This document shows, in pieces, positions 53,806 through 62,401 of a DNA stretch of 64,000 nucleotides. The translations under genes were made by a program, and so were the position numbers. The notes beneath the pieces are model-generated. The model did no database searches. It saw nothing but the letters and a program-made list of their open reading frames with translations, and had not been told where the DNA came from. Position 1 is the stretch's first letter. The number at the start of each line of letters is the position of its first letter. The stretch lies in IMG/VR virus record IMGVR_UViG_3300013137_000012, one strand, 5' to 3'. This DNA comes from an uncultured virus (IMG/VR IMGVR_UViG_3300013137_000012) (lineage: Duplodnaviria; Heunggongvirae; Uroviricota; Caudoviricetes).

Positions 53806-54906
53806 ATGGATAAATACGAATATATTATTGATGGTAAGAGGTATGTAATTGCTGAAGATAAAGACAATAAGTACGCTATTAGTGACTCCTATAATTATCA
53901 CTTTAATAAGCGTAATGGGTTTTTTGCCAGATGGGGTAAAAATGAAAAAGACGATCCTGCATTTAGTCCTGTTGGCGGCGAGATACTTGATATAGAAATT
54001 ACCACTATATGCCACGGAATAAGAAATAGAGAGACGAATAAACAAATATTGTGTCCGTTTTGCTACAAATCTAATACTCCTAATGGCAAAAATATGTCGT
54101 TTGAAACATTTAAAAAGATTATAGACAAAATTCCTAAAACACTAATGCAAGTAGCTTTTGGTTCAGATAGCCAAGCAACATCTAACCCTGATTTATGGAA
54201 AATGGCAGAATATTGTAGGTCTATTGGCGTAGTTCCTAATATTACTGTTGCGGATATTTCAGATGAAACGGCAGACAAATTATCTAAGGTGATGGGTGCC
54301 GTTGCTGTTTCGCGTTATAATGATAAAAATGTTTGTTATGATTCTATTAAGAAACTTGTAGATAGAAAAATGACGCAAATAAATATGCATTATATGATAA
54401 GCGAAAACACTTATGATGCTTGCCTAGAAACGCTTAAAGATATAAAAACAGATAATCGTTTAAAAGGTCTTAATGCCATCGTATTGTTATCCTTAAAAAA
54501 GAAAGGCAGAGGAACTGGTTTTACTAGTCTTTCACCAGATAAATATGCCTATATAGTTAATTACTGTCTTGAAAACAATATAAATTTTGGTATGGACAGT
54601 TGTGGGGCTAAAAAATTTCTAGATGCCGTAAAAGATAATCCTAGATATGAAGAGTTTAAAATAGTGGCCGAACCTTGTGAATCTACGAATTTCTCCCAAT
54701 ACTGTAGCGTTGATGGAGAATTTTTCCCTTGTTCTTTTTGTGAAGGAACTGAAGGGTGGGAAAAGGGTATAGATATGACATGCGATAATTTTGATTATTT
54801 TAAAGATTTATGGTATAACGAGAGGGTTGTAGAATTTCGTAATAAACTAAATTATAACTGTAATAATTGCCATAAAGCACGAGAATGTCCGATATATCAA
54901 ATATAA
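53806..54906 (+). CDS. radical SAM enzyme with SPASM/Twitch domain
   Basis: DIEITTIC-x13-CPFCY cluster motif, MSFETFKKII, PNIT; C-terminal PCES..DGEFFPCSFC..CNNC....CP. Confidence 0.85.
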   Translation: MDKYEYIIDGKRYVIAEDKDNKYAISDSYNYHFNKRNGFFARWGKNEKDDPAFSPVGGEILDIEITTICHGIRNRETNKQILCPFCYKSNTPNGKNMSFETFKKIIDKIPKTLMQVAFGSDSQATSNPDLWKMAEYCRSIGVVPNITVADISDETADKLSKVMGAVAVSRYNDKNVCYDSIKKLVDRKMTQINMHYMISENTYDACLETLKDIKTDNRLKGLNAIVLLSLKKKGRGTGFTSLSPDKYAYIVNYCLENNINFGMDSCGAKKFLDAVKDNPRYEEFKIVAEPCESTNFSQYCSVDGEFFPCSFCEGTEGWEKGIDMTCDNFDYFKDLWYNERVVEFRNKLNYNCNNCHKARECPIYQI

Positions 54907-54948
54907 ATTGACAAATAATAAAAACGTATATAATTATAAGGAGCAATT

Positions 54949-55611
54949 ATGAATGCAATATCGCGTAATTATTTGTTAGACTTTATAGTAATAATAATCG
55001 CCGTATGTTATTCTTACTTTTATTGTCCAGCAGAAAAAGATGTTTGGGATAGTGCTAATGTGGCTTCTTTGATGATGTTGAGCGGTGCATTATGGTTTTT
55101 CTTTTCATTATTCAAATTGGGAGAGATATATACTAAATTTTTAAGTATATTCTCTGCTTTAGCTTTATTTATTATTGGTTATATATGGCACGATATAGGA
55201 TTATTTAGTTCTTTTTGGATATTGGGTATTGTTATTATAGTAGTAAGTTATTGGATAACGCCGTTTTTAGAGATGGGTGGATGTGGATTTAAACGATTTT
55301 ATGCTTTTTTTGTTCTAAGTGGATTTATATTGTTAATTGTAGGCTATTCATTAAAAGGATTTGACAAGCCCTATAATAGCGATGATAGTAAAATATGGAA
55401 TAAACCGGATAAAATCTCTAATTATCTTGATGAAAATTGTAACAAAATACCTGATTGTTGGGAAGAAAGTAGTCATGCCAATTATTATCGTGATTATTCT
55501 CAATCTGTATTTGCAATAGATTATGATAAGTTTAAGAAAGAACGCCCTCAACAATATGAAGAGACAATGAGAGTATTGAACGAAAGAGCACTTCAATTAA
55601 AACAAGAATAA
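54949..55611 (+). CDS. multi-pass membrane protein
   Basis: several hydrophobic helices in the N-terminal 135 aa. Confidence 0.6.
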   Translation: MNAISRNYLLDFIVIIIAVCYSYFYCPAEKDVWDSANVASLMMLSGALWFFFSLFKLGEIYTKFLSIFSALALFIIGYIWHDIGLFSSFWILGIVIIVVSYWITPFLEMGGCGFKRFYAFFVLSGFILLIVGYSLKGFDKPYNSDDSKIWNKPDKISNYLDENCNKIPDCWEESSHANYYRDYSQSVFAIDYDKFKKERPQQYEETMRVLNERALQLKQE

Positions 55612-55626
55612 ACTTTTTGATTTATA

Positions 55627-55655
55627 TTGCATAGTTCTTTGGAGTGTGGTAGAGT
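55627..55655 (+). promoter_or_regulatory. class A promoter TTGCAT-17-TAGAGT (ext. TG) heading the FVSNSSS cluster
   Basis: 17-nt spacer, TG at 55647. Confidence 0.6.
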
Positions 55656-55688
55656 GATTGTAAAGATGGATAAAACATAGGAGAAAAT

Positions 55689-56198
55689 ATGAAAATACGT
55701 AATGGTTTTGTAAGTAATTCAAGTTCAAGTTCTTTTTTACTATTTGCTGAGAAATTGAATTCTTTGCCTAGTAAATTTGAACCTAAAATACTTGTAGTTG
55801 ACGATGATACTGAAAGTAATGATGGGGGCGTATTTATTTATGAATTAGATAAAGAAATGTATAATATGGCAAAGGCAAATATTAACTTGTTACATCTTAA
55901 AGGCTTGAGATTTTTTAGAGATATCGGATCTGTTAATGAGGGCGGCAAATTAACTTTTCAAGAAATTGACGAGAAAACAAAGAATATTACAGGTGAGCGA
56001 AGGAAAAACATAGTTGTAGAGAATTTTACTACCGATATTAACGTTCCTTATGATGCTAACGAACTACGTGAATTTTATGATTTAATGAATGCCGAAGAAA
56101 TTGCAGCAGAAAAAGAGCGTATAAAGAAAGAGCGTGAAGAGCTTGAAAAGAAAGAAAGAGCTGAATTGGAAAGACTTACAAAGAAGTATAATAAGTAA
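55689..56198 (+). CDS. FVSNSSS-tag protein 4
   Basis: begins MKIRNGFVSNSSSSSFLL; AGGAG RBS. Confidence 0.85.
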   Translation: MKIRNGFVSNSSSSSFLLFAEKLNSLPSKFEPKILVVDDDTESNDGGVFIYELDKEMYNMAKANINLLHLKGLRFFRDIGSVNEGGKLTFQEIDEKTKNITGERRKNIVVENFTTDINVPYDANELREFYDLMNAEEIAAEKERIKKEREELEKKERAELERLTKKYNK

Positions 56199-56207
56199 AG
56201 GGAGATT

Positions 56208-56516
56208 ATGAAAATACGTAATGGATTTGTATCTAATAGTTCTTCTGCTAGTTTTGTAGTTTACTGGCGTTGTAATGAGGCAGTAAATAAAGATGTCGAT
56301 ATTGGAGGTCTTATTTCTGGTTCTCATTTAGAAGATATTAAAAAGTGTACTGAATCAACTGCATCTAATGGGGTATATAAAACACATGGATTTACTTCAA
56401 TGTATAATGACGAAAATGATATTCCCGCAAAACTGGCATATTTGGTTTTAGCTCTTACAATTCATAGAGGAAAATACGAGTTGATAGATTTTAATATAGA
56501 AAATGATGGGGATTAA
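56208..56516 (+). CDS. FVSNSSS-tag protein 5 (paralog of 15859)
   Basis: begins MKIRNGFVSNSSSASFVV. Confidence 0.85.
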   Translation: MKIRNGFVSNSSSASFVVYWRCNEAVNKDVDIGGLISGSHLEDIKKCTESTASNGVYKTHGFTSMYNDENDIPAKLAYLVLALTIHRGKYELIDFNIENDGD

Positions 56517-56710
56517 TATGAAAACGCCTAGAACAGATTCAATAGCTTGCGACATATCACAATACTTTACGGACCTTAAAACAGGTAATAGACCCCAAAT
56601 ACAAAGAATGGTAGTTCCAGCTTCTTTTGCACGTAAATTAGAAATAGAAATAAGAAAATTAAAAAACCTTCTAAAACCAGTGGATATGAATGATATGGTT
56701 GAGGTTTAAT

Positions 56711-57262
56711 ATGAAAATTCGTAATGGTTTTGTTAGCAACTCAAGCTCTTCTAGTTTTATTGTTAAATACAGTGAAACAACCTATGAGAAGTTAACAGAT
56801 CCAAAGCCAAAAAAGAAGAAAATCGTTTATTATTTAATTCCTGAAGAGCTTAAATTACTTGAAAAATCTGGATTTAAAAAAACCGCTATGAATAGTCCAA
56901 CGGCTTATGAGTTTTTGCCCGAAAAAGAATTTGAAAATAAAAAGACTCAAAACAAATTTTTTAAGAATTATTGGTGTAATTTGGCATATAATATAACATG
57001 TAATCAGGATGATGTGATTTGCTTTTTACTTAAAAATAATATAGGTTTTACTGCTTCTTGTCATTATGGGCACGAAAGTGTGTTTTATAAAAAGGACGAA
57101 GAATATTTCTATATTATCCCAAATTTAGGTTTAAGTTTTGAGACATATGGAATCGACGACAAACATATGGAAATGTTCAAAGACTCTAAAATTCAAAAAA
57201 TTAAAGTTGTAGATTTTATTAAAGATTATGACGAACTAATAAAAAGGACAAATGAAAACTAA
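56711..57262 (+). CDS. FVSNSSS-tag protein 6
   Basis: begins MKIRNGFVSNSSSSSFIV; GAGG RBS. Confidence 0.85.
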   Translation: MKIRNGFVSNSSSSSFIVKYSETTYEKLTDPKPKKKKIVYYLIPEELKLLEKSGFKKTAMNSPTAYEFLPEKEFENKKTQNKFFKNYWCNLAYNITCNQDDVICFLLKNNIGFTASCHYGHESVFYKKDEEYFYIIPNLGLSFETYGIDDKHMEMFKDSKIQKIKVVDFIKDYDELIKRTNEN

Positions 57263-57723
57263 AACTATATTAATGTGTTGTGTTATATTTCTAAGTTATT
57301 GTGCCACAGAACCTTATGATGTAAAACAAGTGGTAGGAAAAGCTAAAACCGAATATACTTATAATGTGAACTATTTTGAAAAAGCACCCGATTGTCCTGT
57401 GTGTAATGAGGATGGAAATTATTTGGATTCAAGAAAAGTAAATTCTGATAATATTGTAATAATTCATAGATTTAATTGTATAGATGGACATAAATGGATT
57501 ATAAAAGATATAAAAGATGGCTCTAAAGAAACGGTTGTAATAAAATGAAATCAAAAAGAATATGTAATCTTTGTAAGCGTAAGTCTTTTGACAATTTAAC
57601 TACGATAGCAGATCCCGTTGGTACTAGAATTATAAATATTTGTGATACTTGTGTGGCAAATCTAAATATTGCTTTTTGGAATGAATATCATAGAATACAA
57701 AAGAAGGCGGGAATATATAATAT

Positions 57724-58383
57724 ATGAAAATAAGAAACGGATTCGTAAGTAATAGCTCTTCTTCTTCATTTATTGTGCTTTTGAAACATAAGCCTAAAGA
57801 TGTCAAAGATTTAATGAATATGCTTTTCCCCGATTTTGAACCAGATTATCAAATTACAGGCGAAATAGAAGACGTAGTTAAACCTATTACAGTTGAAGAA
57901 GTGTGTGCTAGAGTGTTCCAAGATATTATCCATAAACAAAAAGGAAGATATAACTGTTATAGCCTACAAGAAGCTATGGGAGGATATATAACCGAAGTAG
58001 ACGAAGAATCTATTGTAAAACTCTATGATAAAAGCTATGCCGAAGCTAATAGTATTGAATGTAATCTTTGGAACGAATTGAATAGAAAATGTAATCCCAA
58101 AGGCACAGATTTAGATTACGGTAAGCTTATAATACTGTTTAAAAAAGAAAAAGAACTATACAAAAAATGGCATTTAGCTAAAAAAAACGATGAAAAAGCC
58201 AGAAAAGAATGGGAAAAAGAAAGAAAAAAAGAAACAAAAGAATTCTATAACAAATTCAAAGCTAAATACCCCAAACATAAATTTGAATGTGTACTGGAAT
58301 ATGGAGATAGACACGGTGAATATGTATTAGAAACAGGCGATATCTTCAGGAATGTACCACATATAACAATAAGTAATCACTAA
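57724..58383 (+). CDS. FVSNSSS-tag protein 7 (paralog of 58778)
   Basis: tag plus C-terminal GDIFRNVPHITISNH. Confidence 0.85.
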   Translation: MKIRNGFVSNSSSSSFIVLLKHKPKDVKDLMNMLFPDFEPDYQITGEIEDVVKPITVEEVCARVFQDIIHKQKGRYNCYSLQEAMGGYITEVDEESIVKLYDKSYAEANSIECNLWNELNRKCNPKGTDLDYGKLIILFKKEKELYKKWHLAKKNDEKARKEWEKERKKETKEFYNKFKAKYPKHKFECVLEYGDRHGEYVLETGDIFRNVPHITISNH

Positions 58384-58392
58384 GGAGAAAAT

Positions 58393-58776
58393 ATGAAAAT
58401 AAGAACAGGGTTTGTAAGTAATAGTAGCTCTTCTAGTTTTATAATTGCTATAGATATTACTAAAAATAAACCCTGTCCTCATTGTGGCAGAAGTAATCCA
58501 GATATTTTGGCATTAATAGAAACTGCTTCTTGTGAAAGTGAAGACAACGATGTAAACGCTATTGGATATGATGATGTAATGAAATCTTTTAAAGAAAATA
58601 CATGGAGGTCCGAAGAAGAAATAAAAAAACTTATAAGTAAAATTGAAGAATATGAAAGCAATCCTAAGTATAAAATGGCTAGTATTAATATTTCTTATCA
58701 TAATGAAGCTTTGAATACTATATTAAATACAATGGTTAAAAACAAAGAGGTTATAATAGTTAGCAAAGGGGATTAA
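58393..58776 (+). CDS. FVSNSSS-tag protein 8
   Basis: begins MKIRTGFVSNSSSSSFII; CPHC. Confidence 0.85.
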   Translation: MKIRTGFVSNSSSSSFIIAIDITKNKPCPHCGRSNPDILALIETASCESEDNDVNAIGYDDVMKSFKENTWRSEEEIKKLISKIEEYESNPKYKMASINISYHNEALNTILNTMVKNKEVIIVSKGD

Positions 58777-58777
58777 T

Positions 58778-59599
58778 ATGAAAATACGTAATGGTTTTGT
58801 ATCTAATTCAAGCTCAAGTTCTTTTGTGGTAGTATTTCCTAGAAAACCAGAAAATACTAAAGATGTAATGGAATTTATGTTTAATGGTAAAGAAGGTGGT
58901 ATATCTGTTTATGATTTAAATGGGTTGTCTCATTCCCAAATAGCTGAAAGGGTTTTTAGAGATATAGAACATAGTGGTTTTAAAACAGCAACAAAATCAG
59001 AAATAATTGATCGGTTTTCGGGTCGTTATAATTATTATATTGATAGTTATAGTTTAATGTTTTTTAACAACATAACAAAAGATACGTTAGGTGGGGCATG
59101 GGATGAAAAAATTGGTAAATATTGTGGTTCTAATATCAAAAATCTGGACAAATTACGCAATATGGTTATAGAACACGAAAAAGAACAAAAAAGAATTAAT
59201 ACTAGACAGTCTGAAATTATAAAAGATTCTGGTATTAATTGCGATATACCATGTGCTTATAAGGGTGGCACAAATCCTATTACCAAAAACCCCTATACGT
59301 CACAAGATATTGAAAAATGGGAAAAACACCACAAAGAGATTGAAGATTATAAGAAAAACAACAAGGAATATCAGAAACTTGAAAAAGAATACGAAAAATC
59401 ATTTGAGGATTATGGAAAACAACACAAATTAAGAGAAATAATTGCTGCGGAAGACGCCGAAGTATTTTTGAAAGATTATGATACACAGTTCATATTTATT
59501 GTTGAATATTCTGATAATGATGAGGGAGATGTCGGAACAACTTTGGAGCATGGTGATATTTTTAGGAATGTACCGCATATAACAATCAGTAATCATTAA
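58778..59599 (+). CDS. FVSNSSS-tag protein 9
   Basis: tag plus C-terminal GDIFRNVPHITISNH. Confidence 0.85.
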   Translation: MKIRNGFVSNSSSSSFVVVFPRKPENTKDVMEFMFNGKEGGISVYDLNGLSHSQIAERVFRDIEHSGFKTATKSEIIDRFSGRYNYYIDSYSLMFFNNITKDTLGGAWDEKIGKYCGSNIKNLDKLRNMVIEHEKEQKRINTRQSEIIKDSGINCDIPCAYKGGTNPITKNPYTSQDIEKWEKHHKEIEDYKKNNKEYQKLEKEYEKSFEDYGKQHKLREIIAAEDAEVFLKDYDTQFIFIVEYSDNDEGDVGTTLEHGDIFRNVPHITISNH

Positions 59600-59609
59600 A
59601 GGAGAAAAC

Positions 59610-60167
59610 ATGAAAATACGTAATGGATTCGTATCAAATAGTAGCTCTTCTAGTTTTATTGTAAGTGGCACAGATATTAAAGAAATTGCCACTTCAATGC
59701 TGGATATTGTTGTAGAAGACTTTTCAGAATGGAATGAAAATAGCAAAGAACGATTAAAGATATATGGTAAATGGCAAAAAAACCTACAAACAATCTTCAA
59801 ATTAAATAACAAAGACATATTAGAAGGTAAAATTGGCGTGTGTTTTCCTTCTACTAACTATGACACCTATATATTACTAAAAGATGAAGACATTATACAT
59901 GTTGATACCTGTAATAATCATTCATGGGACCTAAATACATGGAGAGAACTGGATTGTAATGAAATAGAAGGCATGAATGATTTTTTATATTTTGATGTGG
60001 CGATTAATAAGCTTAGAAAAAAACTAGACTATTATATACACGATCATAATAATAAGACCAAAATAGTAAAAACCTGTAGTTGTGATATTTATACGTATTA
60101 CCATGACGCAAAAGACTACCCAATTTGTCCTGAATGTGGCAAGAAAATTAAAATTGTTGAAAAATAG
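59610..60167 (+). CDS. FVSNSSS-tag protein 10 (paralog of 21793)
   Basis: tag; S.N.DT.I and TCNN..WD shared with 21793; C-terminal CPEC. Confidence 0.85.
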   Translation: MKIRNGFVSNSSSSSFIVSGTDIKEIATSMLDIVVEDFSEWNENSKERLKIYGKWQKNLQTIFKLNNKDILEGKIGVCFPSTNYDTYILLKDEDIIHVDTCNNHSWDLNTWRELDCNEIEGMNDFLYFDVAINKLRKKLDYYIHDHNNKTKIVKTCSCDIYTYYHDAKDYPICPECGKKIKIVEK

Positions 60168-60226
60168 ATTTATATTGCATTGTTTAATAGGCTGTGCGAT
60201 ACTACTGGTGTAATAAAGGAGAAACT

Positions 60227-60655
60227 ATGTTCAGGTTCATAAGAAGTTGGATTCTGCCTATTATAGTAGTAACCGCACTATTATATTTAAGCGGAGAAAT
60301 TGAGACATTAAAACAACTGCCAGAATTAGAACAAGTTGCTGCATTTTCGTTTTTAGTATGTATCTCCACAATATTTTCACCTTCTAGTAGACTTCTAACA
60401 GCTCCTACTTTTGTTATAACTATTACTTGTTTGTTTTTTAATAACGGCGATTATTCTTTAGGCTATGTTTTTTCTGGAATATTTTGTACAATAATTGCCT
60501 TAATAGTATTACCCCATATAACAGAATTAAAAGAAAATGATGAAATAGACATATATAGTTATCAATTAGGTAAAATTGTAAATACTATAATGTTAATTTA
60601 TGGTATATTTGCATTAATATGTGGATTCACTAATATAACAAACTTTACTAAATAG
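60227..60655 (+). CDS. membrane protein
   Basis: multiple hydrophobic helices; AGGAG RBS; class A promoter at 60175-60203. Confidence 0.6.
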   Translation: MFRFIRSWILPIIVVTALLYLSGEIETLKQLPELEQVAAFSFLVCISTIFSPSSRLLTAPTFVITITCLFFNNGDYSLGYVFSGIFCTIIALIVLPHITELKENDEIDIYSYQLGKIVNTIMLIYGIFALICGFTNITNFTK

Positions 60656-60662
60656 GCGATAT

Positions 60663-61094
60663 ATGTTTGGAAGATTATTGCTTTCTTTAATACTGTTGCC
60701 ACTATGTAGCTTGTTACTTTTGACATTTTTAGGTGGCGATAATTTTAACTACATGAATGAGTTAGGACAAACTTATGCGGTTTGTGCATTTTGGTTATTT
60801 GGTTCTGTGTTAGCATTTTTACCATCATATATTAAATTTCCAAATATTCTAATATCTCTAACTATTTTTATATTCATGAGCATTGTAAATAGTGTCGGAT
60901 TATTTACTGGATTAATTGTTTTAGGAGTATTTATTATAATTGTTTTGAGCATGTTGACTTCATTATTTGAATTACTTGATTTTGATGAAATAAAACCGTT
61001 TTTAATGTTGATTTTTATAATTGGTATAGGGTGTATTATCGTTGGAATATGTTTTAACCGATATGATGTCGCACTACACTTTTATCAATTATAA
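60663..61094 (+). CDS. membrane protein
   Basis: multiple hydrophobic helices. Confidence 0.6.
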   Translation: MFGRLLLSLILLPLCSLLLLTFLGGDNFNYMNELGQTYAVCAFWLFGSVLAFLPSYIKFPNILISLTIFIFMSIVNSVGLFTGLIVLGVFIIIVLSMLTSLFELLDFDEIKPFLMLIFIIGIGCIIVGICFNRYDVALHFYQL

Positions 61095-61139
61095 ACTATT
61101 GAAGCACTAAAGAAAAAATTATCCGAAAATATTTTGTTA

Positions 61140-61168
61140 TAGACACGTTTAAACTCTTCTGTTACAAT
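61140..61168 (+). promoter_or_regulatory. class A promoter TAGACA-17-TACAAT (ext. TG)
   Basis: TTTTGTTA prefix, 17-nt spacer. Confidence 0.6.
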
Positions 61169-61206
61169 GGCGGCACAATAAACGAAGATGTAGAAAGAAC
61201 GTACAC

Positions 61207-61872
61207 ATGTCAACCAGAGGCGCATACGGTTTCTATAGGGGTGGTAAGGAAAAGGTAACGTATAATCATTTTGATAGTTATCCTACGGGACTGGGTAAAG
61301 ACGTAATTGTTTTTATTGGCGACACAAGCAATGAAGAGTTAAACGATATATCTGATAAGATAAAGTTAGTAAATGGCAATAAAGAGGCTACTCTAAAGCA
61401 AATTGAAGAATGTAAGGAGTTTAGTGATACACATGTAAGTACTGGTAAATTAACTGAATGGTATTGCCTTTTGAGAAATGCACAAGGAGAATTAGGTGCA
61501 TTTAAGAAGGGACTAAAATATATGGTTGACGGTAAGAGTTTTTTGAATGACAGTCTATATTGTGAATGGGCATATATTATAAATCTAGATACCAGTGTTC
61601 TTGAGATCTATAAAGGATTTAATAAAAATAAGAATGCTAAAGGAAGGTATGCGAGAAATTGGGATAAAACCAACGAAAAAGAAAAAGAAAATTCTGACGT
61701 TTATTATGGCGTAGAATTGCTAAAAGAAATTCCTTTGGACGAAATACGAGAAATTGCAAAAGACGAAGATAAATTACATGATTTTCTTACTAATGTGGAA
61801 GAATCGGGTGTTACTAATGGCGGCAGAAAGCCCACATGCTTTAGCTGTGGGATGAATGCCGCATACTCTTAA
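61207..61872 (+). CDS. hypothetical phage protein whose C-terminus is replaced by IS left-end sequence
   Basis: MSTRG, YNHFDSYP.GLG, CEWAYIINLD; residues after ...ESGVT derive from the IS. Confidence 0.7.
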   Translation: MSTRGAYGFYRGGKEKVTYNHFDSYPTGLGKDVIVFIGDTSNEELNDISDKIKLVNGNKEATLKQIEECKEFSDTHVSTGKLTEWYCLLRNAQGELGAFKKGLKYMVDGKSFLNDSLYCEWAYIINLDTSVLEIYKGFNKNKNAKGRYARNWDKTNEKEKENSDVYYGVELLKEIPLDEIREIAKDEDKLHDFLTNVEESGVTNGGRKPTCFSCGMNAAYS

Positions 61873-61984
61873 TTTATTCACGTTTTTATTATACAAAATA
61901 GTATAAAAAATAAAAAGGAATTTGTATAATAATCTTGAATAAGAAACATATGTAAACTTAATAAATTTAATAGGATAAATACTT

Positions 61985-62398
61985 ATGGATATTCAAAATC
62001 CCTCAAAACAATATAAAAAATCTAATACAGCAATTTATTCTTGTCAATATCATGTTGTTTTCTGTCCTAAGTATAGAAGAAGTATTTTTGTCGATGGAAT
62101 CGACAAAAGACTTAAACAACTTGTTCGTGAAAAATCTAAAATATGGAATTATGAAATATTAGATATGGAAGTAATGCCAGATCATGTTCATTTACTTCTT
62201 GATATTAATCCCAAAATTGGTATCTATAATGTTATTAATCATATTAAGGGTTATGCTTCTAAGGTATTGAGAAAAGAATTTCCAAGTCTTAAGACTCGAC
62301 TTCCGTGTTTATGGTCAAGAAGTAAGTTTATCAGTACAGTAGGTGCCGTTAGTCTAGAGACGGTTAAAAAATATATTGAGAATCAAAAAGGAAAATAA
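61985..62398 (+). CDS. tnpA: IS200-like Y1 (HUH) transposase
   Basis: YHVVFCPKYRR, MPDHVHLL (HUH), KG.AS, LWS, KKYIENQ. Confidence 0.95.
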   Translation: MDIQNPSKQYKKSNTAIYSCQYHVVFCPKYRRSIFVDGIDKRLKQLVREKSKIWNYEILDMEVMPDHVHLLLDINPKIGIYNVINHIKGYASKVLRKEFPSLKTRLPCLWSRSKFISTVGAVSLETVKKYIENQKGK

Positions 62399-62401
62399 CA
62401 C

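Noticed and set aside
55689..59660. Recurring ~48-bp similar sequences as a CRISPR array or DNA repeat
   Set aside because: They are coding starts with many synonymous differences and irregular gene-sized spacing; conservation is at protein level.
61161..61175. GTTACAATGGCGGCA resembles the IS left junction GTTACTAATGGCGGCA
   Set aside because: No hairpin follows; it coincides with a promoter -10/discriminator; treated as probable coincidence.
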